Shown: positions 35,941-46,047 of the stretch, one piece after another | How positions within the stretch are numbered: position 1 is the first letter of the stretch | Layout: every line of letters begins with the position of its first letter | NCBI GenBank assembly: GCA_964234715.1 | Contig: OZ174283.1 | Length of the DNA: 64,000 bases | DNA from: Podarcis melisellensis | Taxonomy: Eukaryota | Direction: 5' to 3' (one strand) | Made by a program: the position numbers and the translations under genes | Notes under the pieces: model-generated | Database searches by the model: none | What the model saw: the letters and a program-made list of their open reading frames with translations, nothing else | Told to the model about the DNA's origin: nothing

Positions 35941-37084
35941 TAACTGTGTTTAAGGCTGGAGAAATGAGAAATGGAGAGAACTGAAGTGGACAGCCCTTTC
36001 CTTCCATAGTCTTAACATGAATAAACAAAATACAGTACCATAGTACAAACACTCAACCCACACCACACCACTGCTTTCTGTGACCTTGTTTCCTTTTCAA
36101 TTTGCAAGCGGCCCCACAGACCAAGGGCAGGAAAAACTAACCTTGATTAATCGTGTAATCTCTTTCTTGTAGCTTTGGCTAGAGGGAAAAATGCATTTCA
36201 AACAGACAAATCTCTGCCAGAAAAAGCAGCCTCAGCTTCTTCTGTTAGCATACATTATTGCCCTTTTCTTAATCCATGTTAAGTGACTGAACTCAGCTGT
36301 AAGTTTATGTCCCACTAGCAGATGGCACTCCAATTATTCATATTTGTAATTGCCTTAGAAAAAGAAGAAATACAGTAGTAGCTGGTATATCTCCCCCCCC
36401 CCCAATTAAATTTCCCTGGTGAGTTAATTGTTAATTATTCCCTAAACTAGTCAGGAATATATTTTTTTAACCCTTCTACCCACATTTGGGAAACTGTGTA
36501 TATCAGACTTTATTGCTCTTTATTTTTTGTGGATTATTCATTTGTTCAGATAATGTATTTTCATTATGGTTTGAAAAGATAAAACTCAACAGCACAAATT
36601 GTAATTTGGAATGTACAGTCTGGTTTAGAGCCACAAAGAAAGCTAGGGATTTCCTTCTTGAATGTTCTCTGGAAGAGATATCAACTGGTCTGAAAAACTG
36701 GAACAAATTACTTACGGCACATTTTCATTCTAGCCTTCAGTTAAAGGCTGACAGAGTTAAATAGTGAAATGGGCTAATAGAACATAGGAACGGCCCTGCT
36801 GGGTCAGACAAAAGGAATAATTTAGTCCTTTCCGATTGTGACCATCCAAGGAAGAGGGGAAGCAATCCATCCCAGTCTCCTGTGTGTGCCACCAACTACA
36901 CCCATACACCGCTGCATCATGTGAAAGCGGTGTGATGACACAATGTGTCAGGGAGTAGACTGCCTCTGTTTGGCCCAACAGGCTGCAAAGGCATCCCACC
37001 ACCAAGCCAGGTTGGCTCAGGGTATGTCTGGCATGCACAGGGATGATGGACAGGGTCAATGTGAGCACCCATCTCTGGCCTGTG

Positions 37085-37568
37085 CAGTGCCAGATTTATG
37101 TATAGGCTAAGTAGGCTAAAGCCTAGGGCCTGTAAATCTAGGGGGCCTCGCTAGCCCACCTGCTCCCTGGAGGGCAGTCTCCCCTCTCCCAAAATTGTAA
37201 ACCCAAGACTTCACGTGAGGGCAGGGCAACTCAGGCCTCTAAATCTAGGGGGCCTCGCCAGCCTGCCCTCTCCCCAGTGCCGCAGTCTCCCCTCTCCCAA
37301 AATTGTAAACCCAAGACTTCATGCAAGGGCAGGGCAACTCAGGCCCAGCAACTATGAGACTCAGGGCTAGTCAGTTGAGCCCCATTTGAAGCAGTGGGGC
37401 ACAACTTGATTTTTTTTTTGTAGGGCCCCACTTCACAGCCAAAGTCTGCAAAATCTTAGAGATATAAATAAAATCTATCTAGATTGCCCTGGTGTGGGGG
37501 CCCCCTTAGGAGAGGCTCACGAGGCCCAATTTGTTCAAATTGCTCCAATTGCCTTAAGGTCAGCCCTG
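37085..37568. mobile_element. hAT (Tip100-like) non-autonomous element with internal 107-bp tandem duplication
   Basis: Ends CAGTGCCAGATTTA / TAAGGTCAGCCCTG; GGGCC(C) motifs; duplicated units start at 37133 and 37240. Confidence 0.55.
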
Positions 37569-38007
37569 ATGAGACTGTGCAGGGGTTGGACTGATAAGCC
37601 CTGCACCTTCTAGGTCCATGGTGTCACTATTCAGAGTACAAATTCAAGGACTTGTTATGGAAATAAAGGGGGGCACTTACTGGAAATCAGTTTTGTCACC
37701 TCCCCCCTCCAAACCCCGAGACAATGAGCCCAGCCACCTTTTATTCACAGTCGCATAAGCACTACACTACAGCATAGCCGTAAACCTGTATGTTCAACCA
37801 CTGAAATATATACCCAGTATGTAGCAATGAAGATTTATGTTACTGCTTTATGAATGAACACTGTGTTTTATGAATGGATTCTGTATTTTGTGAATTACCT
37901 AAGAGCCACCAATAGGGAGCTCTAGAATCTGACAGGTAACCAATTGGGTACTACCAAACAGCGACCCCTATTGCTGAAAGCAGGTAACCAACAGGGAACT
38001 GTTGGTG

Positions 38008-38524
38008 ACACAGGTCACCTTTGTCACAGTCAGGACACTGTTGACTGAACACCCCCTGCTGTGCAGATAATGGAGAATGCTCATAAATTGTACCTCTTCT
38101 GGCATCCTGGCCAACTCTATTACGCTGGTGTAAACCCTGGTGCGCCAGAAGCCCAGAATAGCAGCAAATAAAATCCGCTCATACGTCAGCGACTGATAAG
38201 ACTTGTCAACCAGTTCTTCCAAAGTCTTTCTAAATTATAAAGCTCCAATATACAGGCCAAAAGAGAGCAGGTCTGGGAAGAGTGAGGCATACAATGGGCA
38301 CCACCAGTGAAAAGGACCTGCTCTGTGTAGCTCCTGCCCTGTCATTTGATAGGGTGCCCACTTGCCCTCCTTCTTGACATGGAATGCTCTCTATTGGAGT
38401 CTCCAGGTCCAGTACAAAGACAATAAGAAGGGAGAGCAGGGACCTTGAAGTTCCCAACAGCTGTTAATCAAGCAAGCAAGCAAGCAAGCAAGCACACAGG
38501 TCACCTTTGTCACAGTCAGGACAC
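38008..38524. repeat. 31-bp exact direct repeat flanking a 455-bp segment that ends in (AAGC)6
   Basis: ACACAGGTCACCTTTGTCACAGTCAGGACAC at 38008-38038 and 38494-38524. Confidence 0.9.
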
Positions 38525-39944
38525 CTATGTCCTGGCCAGGCCTGCACCCAGTCTTGTTTTTGTACAATCTTGTTTGTCCTCAGTAACCAAAATTATATTA
38601 TGAACATATACAAGCAGAAAAGTTGTTTTCCTTTATTTGCAAGGAATCGTAGAAAACAATGTGGCACTAATACAGAAAAGTTTCAGGGTGGCAACAGAAA
38701 GCAAACTAAAAATGCTTTTGCAGTTCATCAAAATATCCAGCAATATCCATTTCCTCCCCCCCCCCAGCAGCGGACAGCCCAGCCCTCGCAGAAGGTTAGC
38801 GCTCCGCTTCCAAGCATAGGAAACTGGGGAGTGACCTAAGCCTGAAGGACTAGCAATTTTGGAATAGAGGAACCCGGTAAAAGAGGAAAGAAGTTTTACG
38901 GAGTTCAGCCTTTATCAGGAATCAGCGAATACGCAGAGAAACTTCAGAGCAGAGGAAAGAGTAACGAGTTACCACTAGTGTTTATTTTGTTTCCCTGAAA
39001 GACTTTTCTACTAAAGCACTTGGTATCCTCTCAAAAAGAGGCGTCTAAAACAGGGAACAGAAGGTGAAGTTATCAAATTGGAACCGTCTGATAAACCGAA
39101 GGAGACGCTGAAGAACGTCACCCTCACCGTGCTGCTTCCAGCGGAAAACGGAAGAGAAGCGCCGACGCCATTAATGGGAACAAAAACACGGTAGTGATTA
39201 AACCAAAAAAACTACCCTTTTCAGCAGCACGGACTAACCTGGTCTAAAATCTTGCGGCTGTGTTCCTGTCAATCTGCCGATACCCCAGCGCTGAGCTGGA
39301 CACATTTGTGATCTGCGATTTCCGATGATCGCCCAGCGACCCGAAAATAACCTTCTACCCTGTGCTGTTGGGCCCGCCGGCTTGCCTGCGTAGAGAGCCT
39401 GCCTCCAGAGCTAAGCAGTGACAGAGAGAGCCATCTAGTGGACAAAGTGATTACTACGACGGAAATTTTTTATTTTGTTTTTCACTCTTCGTTCTCCTTT
39501 TTCCCCCTCATTTCTGTTGTTCCATGTCCCCTCCCCTGCTCTCCCTCTCCTTCCCTCCCTTCCTTCTCTTCTCTTCTCCCTCTGGTCTTCCCTAGGTGGA
39601 ACAGAGAGGGGTTTTTTGAAGGTGAGATCCCCTATCCCTTACCTGTATATATATATAAAAAATCTCTTTTAAAAAAAACCCTCCCTTCTGAGCTGACTGA
39701 GAGTATACTCCCCACTGATGATATATGAACTCTTAAACTTTTGAACTCTAAGACTCTATGACTTTCTTAATACCCCCAAGGATGCAACACGGCGGAAAGA
39801 AGTAAGTGGACCATCGTGTACAACTTAAGGACTGTTAAAAGACTGTGGGCCGGGGCCAAATAGGGCAAACCGGAATTGGCCAATAAGCGCTGTAACCAAA
39901 ACCGTTTGTTATATCAAGTATTGGGTATCCCTTAAAAAATAAGA

Positions 39945-40913
39945 ATGTCAAACACTGGGAAAAGACCTGAAGGGGGAACACCAGTGGAAAGAAAAGGATC
40001 AAAGCAAGAGGGGGATTTCAGAGCAGAGATCTTAAGAATGTTTGCGGAGATAAAACAGAGTGAGAAAAATGTAGAGGCCAAGTTAGAACAAGTAGAACAT
40101 AGAATTGGGGAGGTAGATAAGAAGTTAGATGAAACAGTAAATGAACTGAAGAGTCAATTGAAAGAGGTATTTAGGAGGACACAGGCAGTGGAGGAAGGTC
40201 TGAAAAAGACAAGAATAGAAATGAGAGATGTAAGACGTGAGGAAGATAAGATTAAAACTGAGATACTGGATTTGAACAAAAACCAAGAGGACATGAAAGA
40301 TTGGATTGCCATGAATGAATTAAGACAGAGGGAGGCCAATCTTAGGATGAGAGCCATACCTGAAGCACAGGGTGAAAATATAAAAGAGAAATTAATAACA
40401 GAATTAGCCCTCTGGTTGGAGGTACCAAAAGCAGAGGTCGAAAAGGCAGTCCAATCGGCTTTCAGACTGAAAGCCAAGTCAGCAAGGAATAAAAAATTTG
40501 TAGGAGACTGCTTAGTTACATTCAAAGAAAGGGAAATAAGGAACAGGATTCTCCAAAAAAACAGAGAAAAAAGGTTAAATATCGGGGGAAATAACATAAT
40601 AATTTTCAAAGACATTCCAGTTAGACTCCTAAAACGTAGGGACCCCTATAAAGAACTGGTACAGATACTCAAAAGAAACAGCATTGAGTTCAAATGGGAG
40701 TTTCCTGAGGGAATCTCTTTTACATATAGGAATAAGAGACAAAAATTGACAAATCCAGAAGAAACAGGCAAGTTCTTAAGAAAATATAAAGAACTAAAAC
40801 CACAAAAAGAAAAAGATAAAGGCGAGGAAGCAGGAGTAGGGGAAAACCTAGAGGAGGAGGTGGGGAGGTCGGGGGGGAGGGGGGAGGAGGGGGGGACAGA
40901 AGAGGGAGTCTAA
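39945..40913 (+). CDS. L1 ORF1p (coiled coil, RRM, C-terminal domain; Transposase_22-like)
   Basis: 322 aa; heptad-rich N-terminus, RQREANLRMRAIPE RRM entry motif, IIIFKD, FKWEFP; acidic Gly-rich tail. Confidence 0.92.
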   Translation: MSNTGKRPEGGTPVERKGSKQEGDFRAEILRMFAEIKQSEKNVEAKLEQVEHRIGEVDKKLDETVNELKSQLKEVFRRTQAVEEGLKKTRIEMRDVRREEDKIKTEILDLNKNQEDMKDWIAMNELRQREANLRMRAIPEAQGENIKEKLITELALWLEVPKAEVEKAVQSAFRLKAKSARNKKFVGDCLVTFKEREIRNRILQKNREKRLNIGGNNIIIFKDIPVRLLKRRDPYKELVQILKRNSIEFKWEFPEGISFTYRNKRQKLTNPEETGKFLRKYKELKPQKEKDKGEEAGVGENLEEEVGRSGGRGEEGGTEEGV

Positions 40914-40957
40914 AAGGAGACAGCAGCTGCTTCTTTTTTTCTTCTGATTAAATCACC

Positions 40958-43900
40958 ATGGTGTTAAAAGTTTACAGTTGGAATGTTAACAGGATGAATA
41001 ACAAGGGAAAGAGGAATAAAATTGAGCATATCCTAAAGAAGGAAGGCCTAGATGTCATCTGTCTTCAGGAGACTCATATAGCGAGGAAGCATAAAAGAGT
41101 GCTGATTAACCAAAGATTGGGGAATGAATTCATATCGTCAGATCGGAGCAAAAAGAGGGGGGTGGTTATTTATATTAATAAACAAATTGAAGCGAAACAA
41201 CTATTCAAAGATGAAGAAGGAAGGATATCCGCAGTACAAATTAACTGGCAGGGAGAAAAGGTAATAATAGTGGGGATATATGCGCCCAATGATAACAAGT
41301 CAGAGTTTTATAGGAGGTTAGAAGAAAAGCTATTTGACTACGCCGATCAGAAAATTATATTATTGGGAGACATGAACGGCGTGGTGTCGCTAGAGTCGGA
41401 TAGGCTAAGGGACACGAAGGGCAAAGAAGGAAAGCTACCCAGAACCTTCTTCTCTTTGGCCCAAAATTGCAACTTAGTGGACATCTGGAGATTCAAATAC
41501 CCCCTGGAAAAACAATATGCCTTCCATTCAGAACCCAACGACTCTTCATCAAGATTAGATCAGATATGGATTTCGAAAGAATTAGTCCCAAGATCTGCAA
41601 GGGTGGGGATTCAGGCCAGAACAATTTCGGATCACAATCCAATAAAAATGGAACTGAAAGGGCTGGAAAGTAGACTAAATAGATGGAAACTGAAAGACTA
41701 TCTGTTGGACGACCAAGAGATAGTAGAGAAAGCTCAAAACAGACTAAAAGAATACTTCGAAGATAACTTAGGTAACGGCACAAAGTTAAAGGTGGTGTGG
41801 GATGCAAGTAAGGCGGTGATGCGGGGTTTTTTTATCCAACAGAGTGCAATCAAGAATAAAAAGAGAGAAAAAGGGAAAAAAGAAATTATACAACAAATAT
41901 CGGAGAATGAACAGAAACTAACTAAAAATCCCAAAAATAAGAAAATAAAAGAGAATATCAAAGTTTTACAATCCCAGTACGCGATGCTGATAAATAAAGA
42001 GATAGAATGGAAAGTTAAAAAATTAAGACAGAGGAACTTTGAATATGCTAACAAAACAGGGAAGTTATTAGCTTGGCAACTGAAAAAAAGGAGGGAACAG
42101 AATACAATAAATAAGATTGAGGTGGAAGGAGAAGAGATAAATAAGCCTAAAGAAATAAGGAAAGCCTTTTTGGACTTCTATAGTGGACTTTTTAAAAACA
42201 CGGAAAGGAACAATATGAGGAAAATAGAGAGATTTTTAAAATCTAAGAATATTAACAAGATTTCCACAGCTGAAAAAGAGAAGCTGAACGCCCTAATTGA
42301 GATAGAAGAAATCAAAGTAACAATAAAGGACTTAAAAAATGGGAAAGCACCAGGCCCAGATGGGTTCACTAGCAGATACTATAAAGAGATGGAATCAGTT
42401 CTGCTGACCCCATTACAAGAAGTAATGAACAACATCCTCAAGGAAAGAGAAATACCAGAGACGTGGAAGGAGGCACTGATCACACTAATCCCTAAACAAG
42501 ATTCAGACCTACAGCAGATTAAAAACTACAGACCGATTTCCCTGTTAAATATAGATTACAAGATTTTTGCGGGAATCCTGGCTAGGAGACTAAAAGATAT
42601 TCTGGCAGAAAGTATTCATAAAGACCAAGCCGGCTTCTTGCCGGGCAGGCAAATGAAAGACAATATAAGAAACATCATAAACATTATAGAATACTTAACA
42701 GACAGGTGTGATAAACAAGGTCTGCTGTTATTTGTGGACGCTGAGAAAGCGTTCGATAATGTAAACTGGGATTTCCTGCTGAAACAATTGGAACATATGG
42801 AAGTAGGTACCGAATTCCATAATGGGATAAAAGCAATTTACACAGATCAAAGGGCAAGACTGATAATAAATAATGTAGAGACGGCAGAAATAATAGTAAC
42901 TAAAGGAACAAGACAGGGATGCCCGCTGTCCCCATTGTTGTTTATAGTGGTGCTAGAGGTCCTACTTAATTCCATTAGAGACAACAAAGGAATAAAAGGA
43001 GTTATGGTCGGCCAGAACGAATATAAAATCAAGGCTTTTGCAGACAACCTGGTTGTAACAATGGAAGACCCAATAGACTCAATAAAAGAGGTACTTGAAG
43101 AATTCGACCAATTTGGGAAAGTAGCGGGCTTCAAATTAAACAAAAGGAAAACAAAAATAATAGTTAAGAATATGCACATGGATAAAGTGGAAGAACTACA
43201 AAGAGAAACAGAAATAGAAGTGACCAAGAAGGTGAAATATCTAGGAGTATGGGTAACACCAAAAAACATAGATCTATTTAAAAATAATTATGAAACAGTA
43301 TGGAAAGGAGTCAAGAAAGATATAGAAACGTGGGGTAGGCTTAGATTGTCATTTTGGGGCAGAATAGCCACAATTAAAATGTCCGTACTTCCAAGAATAT
43401 TATTTTTCTTTCAAAATATCCCGGTGATCAAAGGCACAAAGATATTTAAAGTCTGGCATAGGGAGATTTCCAAATTTATTTGGCAGGGGAGGAAGCCCAG
43501 AATAAAATTCAAATTATTGACGGATGTGAAAGAAAGGGGAGGCTTCGCCCTGCCAGATCTGAAACTATACTACGAGGCATCATGCCTATGCTGGGTTAAG
43601 ACATGGATAAAATTGGAAGACAGGGAAGTGCTGGACTTAGAGGGACACGACAACCGATTCGGGTGGCACGCCTATTTGTGGCACGGGCAGAAGAAAGTGC
43701 ACAGGGAGTTTGGAAATCACATATTTAGGGGCCCTCTGATCGAGGTATGGGAAAGGTATAAAGATGTGCTAGAACCCAGAACACCCCACTGGCTGTCACC
43801 ATTAGAAGTTATGTCCGTTAAAAAGACCAATATGAGAGCCAACTGGGCAACCTATGAACAACTGTTAATGAAGGAGGAAGGAAAGTGGAAAATGAGACCG

Positions 43901-44707
43901 TACGAACAGGTTAAGGCCCAAGTATACGATTGGCTGCACTACCACCAAATAAATGATATGTTCAGGAAAGATGTCAAAGATAAAGGATATGCGGATAAAA
44001 ACTCTAGATTCCAAATAGAGATCCTGGAAAATAATATAAAAACTTTGTCCAAAATGTACAATCAGTTATTGGATTGGAACCTAATCGACGAGGAAGTCAA
44101 GTCGGTAATGACACACTGGGCTAGAGATTTTGGCCGTAACATTTACTTTGAAGAATGGGAAAAACTCTGGAAACAACATCTTAAGTTTACGGCCTGTGTG
44201 ACACTTAAGGTGAATTTAATGAAAATGTTTTATCGCTGGTATTTGACTCCTGTTAAACTAGCCAGACTGTACGGATCCTGTAACAAATGCTGGAAATGCA
44301 AGGAAAGGGAGGGGACCTTCTACCATATGTGGTGGGAATGCCAAAAGGTCAAAGGGTTCTGGGAGAGTGTATATAACGAAATGAAGAAAATGTTAAGATA
44401 TACCTTTGTTAAAAGACCCGAGGCTTTCTTGCTGGGATTGGTAGGAAGGGAGGTAAAAAGGAAAGATCACAAGGTGTTCCAATATGCAACAACGGCAGCA
44501 AGGGTCCTATTAGCCAAAAACTGGAAACTAGAGGGTTTACCGACAATTGAGGAATGGAGATCAAAATTATTAGACTATGTGGAGATGGATAGAATGACAG
44601 GAAAAATCAGATATATAAAAGATCAGAGGTTTGTTAAAAGATTGGGAAAGTTTTACGAAATATCTGGAAAACTTAAGCGATGGACAGATAACACTAGTGG
44701 GTTTTAA
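40958..44707 (+). CDS. L1 ORF2p: APE endonuclease, reverse transcriptase, CCHC knuckle (probably RT-dead, FADN)
   Basis: 1249 aa; SWNV, LQETH, IYAPN, GDMN, SRLD, SDH (APE); KAPGPDG, YRPISLLN, DAEKAFD, GTRQGCPLSP, FADN, YLG (RT); CWKC..GTFYHMWWEC. Confidence 0.95.
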   Translation: MVLKVYSWNVNRMNNKGKRNKIEHILKKEGLDVICLQETHIARKHKRVLINQRLGNEFISSDRSKKRGVVIYINKQIEAKQLFKDEEGRISAVQINWQGEKVIIVGIYAPNDNKSEFYRRLEEKLFDYADQKIILLGDMNGVVSLESDRLRDTKGKEGKLPRTFFSLAQNCNLVDIWRFKYPLEKQYAFHSEPNDSSSRLDQIWISKELVPRSARVGIQARTISDHNPIKMELKGLESRLNRWKLKDYLLDDQEIVEKAQNRLKEYFEDNLGNGTKLKVVWDASKAVMRGFFIQQSAIKNKKREKGKKEIIQQISENEQKLTKNPKNKKIKENIKVLQSQYAMLINKEIEWKVKKLRQRNFEYANKTGKLLAWQLKKRREQNTINKIEVEGEEINKPKEIRKAFLDFYSGLFKNTERNNMRKIERFLKSKNINKISTAEKEKLNALIEIEEIKVTIKDLKNGKAPGPDGFTSRYYKEMESVLLTPLQEVMNNILKEREIPETWKEALITLIPKQDSDLQQIKNYRPISLLNIDYKIFAGILARRLKDILAESIHKDQAGFLPGRQMKDNIRNIINIIEYLTDRCDKQGLLLFVDAEKAFDNVNWDFLLKQLEHMEVGTEFHNGIKAIYTDQRARLIINNVETAEIIVTKGTRQGCPLSPLLFIVVLEVLLNSIRDNKGIKGVMVGQNEYKIKAFADNLVVTMEDPIDSIKEVLEEFDQFGKVAGFKLNKRKTKIIVKNMHMDKVEELQRETEIEVTKKVKYLGVWVTPKNIDLFKNNYETVWKGVKKDIETWGRLRLSFWGRIATIKMSVLPRILFFFQNIPVIKGTKIFKVWHREISKFIWQGRKPRIKFKLLTDVKERGGFALPDLKLYYEASCLCWVKTWIKLEDREVLDLEGHDNRFGWHAYLWHGQKKVHREFGNHIFRGPLIEVWERYKDVLEPRTPHWLSPLEVMSVKKTNMRANWATYEQLLMKEEGKWKMRPYEQVKAQVYDWLHYHQINDMFRKDVKDKGYADKNSRFQIEILENNIKTLSKMYNQLLDWNLIDEEVKSVMTHWARDFGRNIYFEEWEKLWKQHLKFTACVTLKVNLMKMFYRWYLTPVKLARLYGSCNKCWKCKEREGTFYHMWWECQKVKGFWESVYNEMKKMLRYTFVKRPEAFLLGLVGREVKRKDHKVFQYATTAARVLLAKNWKLEGLPTIEEWRSKLLDYVEMDRMTGKIRYIKDQRFVKRLGKFYEISGKLKRWTDNTSGF

Positions 44708-45978
44708 AGGTGCTCTGTAAGAAGCAAAGGGTACTGTCTAAAGAAAAACGGGTGAATGAGAATGACCAATGGCATTACAAAACAAAGAAATGCGGAATTA
44801 TTGTTTTTTACATGTATGGACGATTTGTGGAAAGGCTGAAGGAAGTCACTTTTAAAAATCTGTGAAATATTAAGTGAACCGTCATAGTTTGTTTTGTATT
44901 TTGACTTATGTAAACCAATAAAAATCATGCAGGAAAAAAAAATATCCAGCAATATCAAGTTATAGGAAAACTGGTGCTATTAACAGTAATCTTTCTATTT
45001 GGTTGATTGGTTTGGCAACTACCATGCACATGATGTGTGGTGCTAATTATTGTCCCAAAGAGTTAACTGATAACTAATCAGAGGCAGCTACAGTTGCAAG
45101 TGGCAACAAAATATCTGTGAAAGGAAGAGGAGCAGGTTTGCTCAAATGTGTTGCAGGTAGAAATACTGTTTGTAATGAAGTGAGAGCGGTAGTTCACTTG
45201 CTCGAATTAACAAATAAGAAAGCTTTGAGAATTTAAATTCTAAATTAAAATTGATTACTTAATTGAGAAGTAATTTATTTCCACGCTGTGGCTGCAGACC
45301 AAAGCACTCGTCAGGAGTGTTATGAGATTCAGGTGAGGGTCAGATGCCTTGTTAATCCCAGCAGGTATATAACATTAAGACCCAGCTTGCTGCAGCCTGC
45401 CTACAAAAGGTTTACAAAGTTCAGTTATTGTAAAAGATTTTCAGTGTTAATTTTATGCATTTTTTAAAAAATCACCATGATATTTAACAATAATATCTTA
45501 TGTTCTTTAAGGAGAAATTGTGAATTGCAGAATTTTAAATACCCGTCATCATCCTTGGCTTCACTCAATTTTGTTTACAACACTCTTTCATTTTCTTTTA
45601 GTTGTGAGGGTGGAGGGTGGGGAGGGGCCTCACCAGTGGAGCAGCCTAGGGCCTCTCCATCTAAATCCGGCCCTGGACCTGTGCCATCATGCATCCCTTT
45701 TCAATGTCTGAAGAGGGCTTCTCTTCTGTCACTACAGACAAGTGGAATGAAATTCAACATTCACCCTGTGTTTTGGATGGACTACAGTGAGCTTAGAAGC
45801 TGGGTGGCTTTCCAGGAGATTTGGGCCAGTCTCTAGACCAGCCTATGCAATATTATAGATTAACTTTTCTATTGAGTAGCATCAGCCATGGAACCTGTGG
45901 GATTTGGGGAGATATTCACCATCAGCCTTAGAACATGACACATTGCAAGAGAAGATGGGAAAAGGTGATCAAGTGGTC

Positions 45979-46047
45979 CACCCACAGTGGGGCTCAAACC
46001 CACAACCCTGAGATTAAGAGTCTCATTCTATGCCAACTCAGCCAACT
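45979..46047 (-). pseudogene. tRNA-Lys(CTT)-derived pseudogene or SINE head
   Basis: Minus strand ATGAGACTCTTAATCTCAGGGTTGTGGGTTTGAGCCCCAC matches the vertebrate tRNA-Lys-CTT anticodon and T arms with CpG transitions; D-arm and acceptor stem degraded. Confidence 0.75.

Larger units (their letters stand above)
38748..44938 (+). mobile_element. Full-length L1-clade LINE (6.2 kb)
   Basis: 18-bp TSD AAAATATCCAGCAATATC (38730-38747, 44939-44956); ~1.2-kb 5'UTR, CpG-rich in its first part; ORF1; ORF2; AATAAA at 44917-44922; short A tail. Confidence 0.97.

Noticed and set aside
38039-38459. Solo LTR defined by TGTTG...CAACA
   Set aside because: No 4-6-bp TSD flanks these termini; kept only as part of the unexplained-segment finding.
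38008-38524. CRISPR-like repeat-spacer reading of the 31-bp repeats
   Set aside because: Only two repeats with a 455-bp spacer, a eukaryotic context and no cas genes.
40154-43269. Antisense ORFs inside L1 (153, 104, 106 and 140 aa)
   Set aside because: Phe/Ser/Leu-rich shadows of the A-rich sense ORFs.
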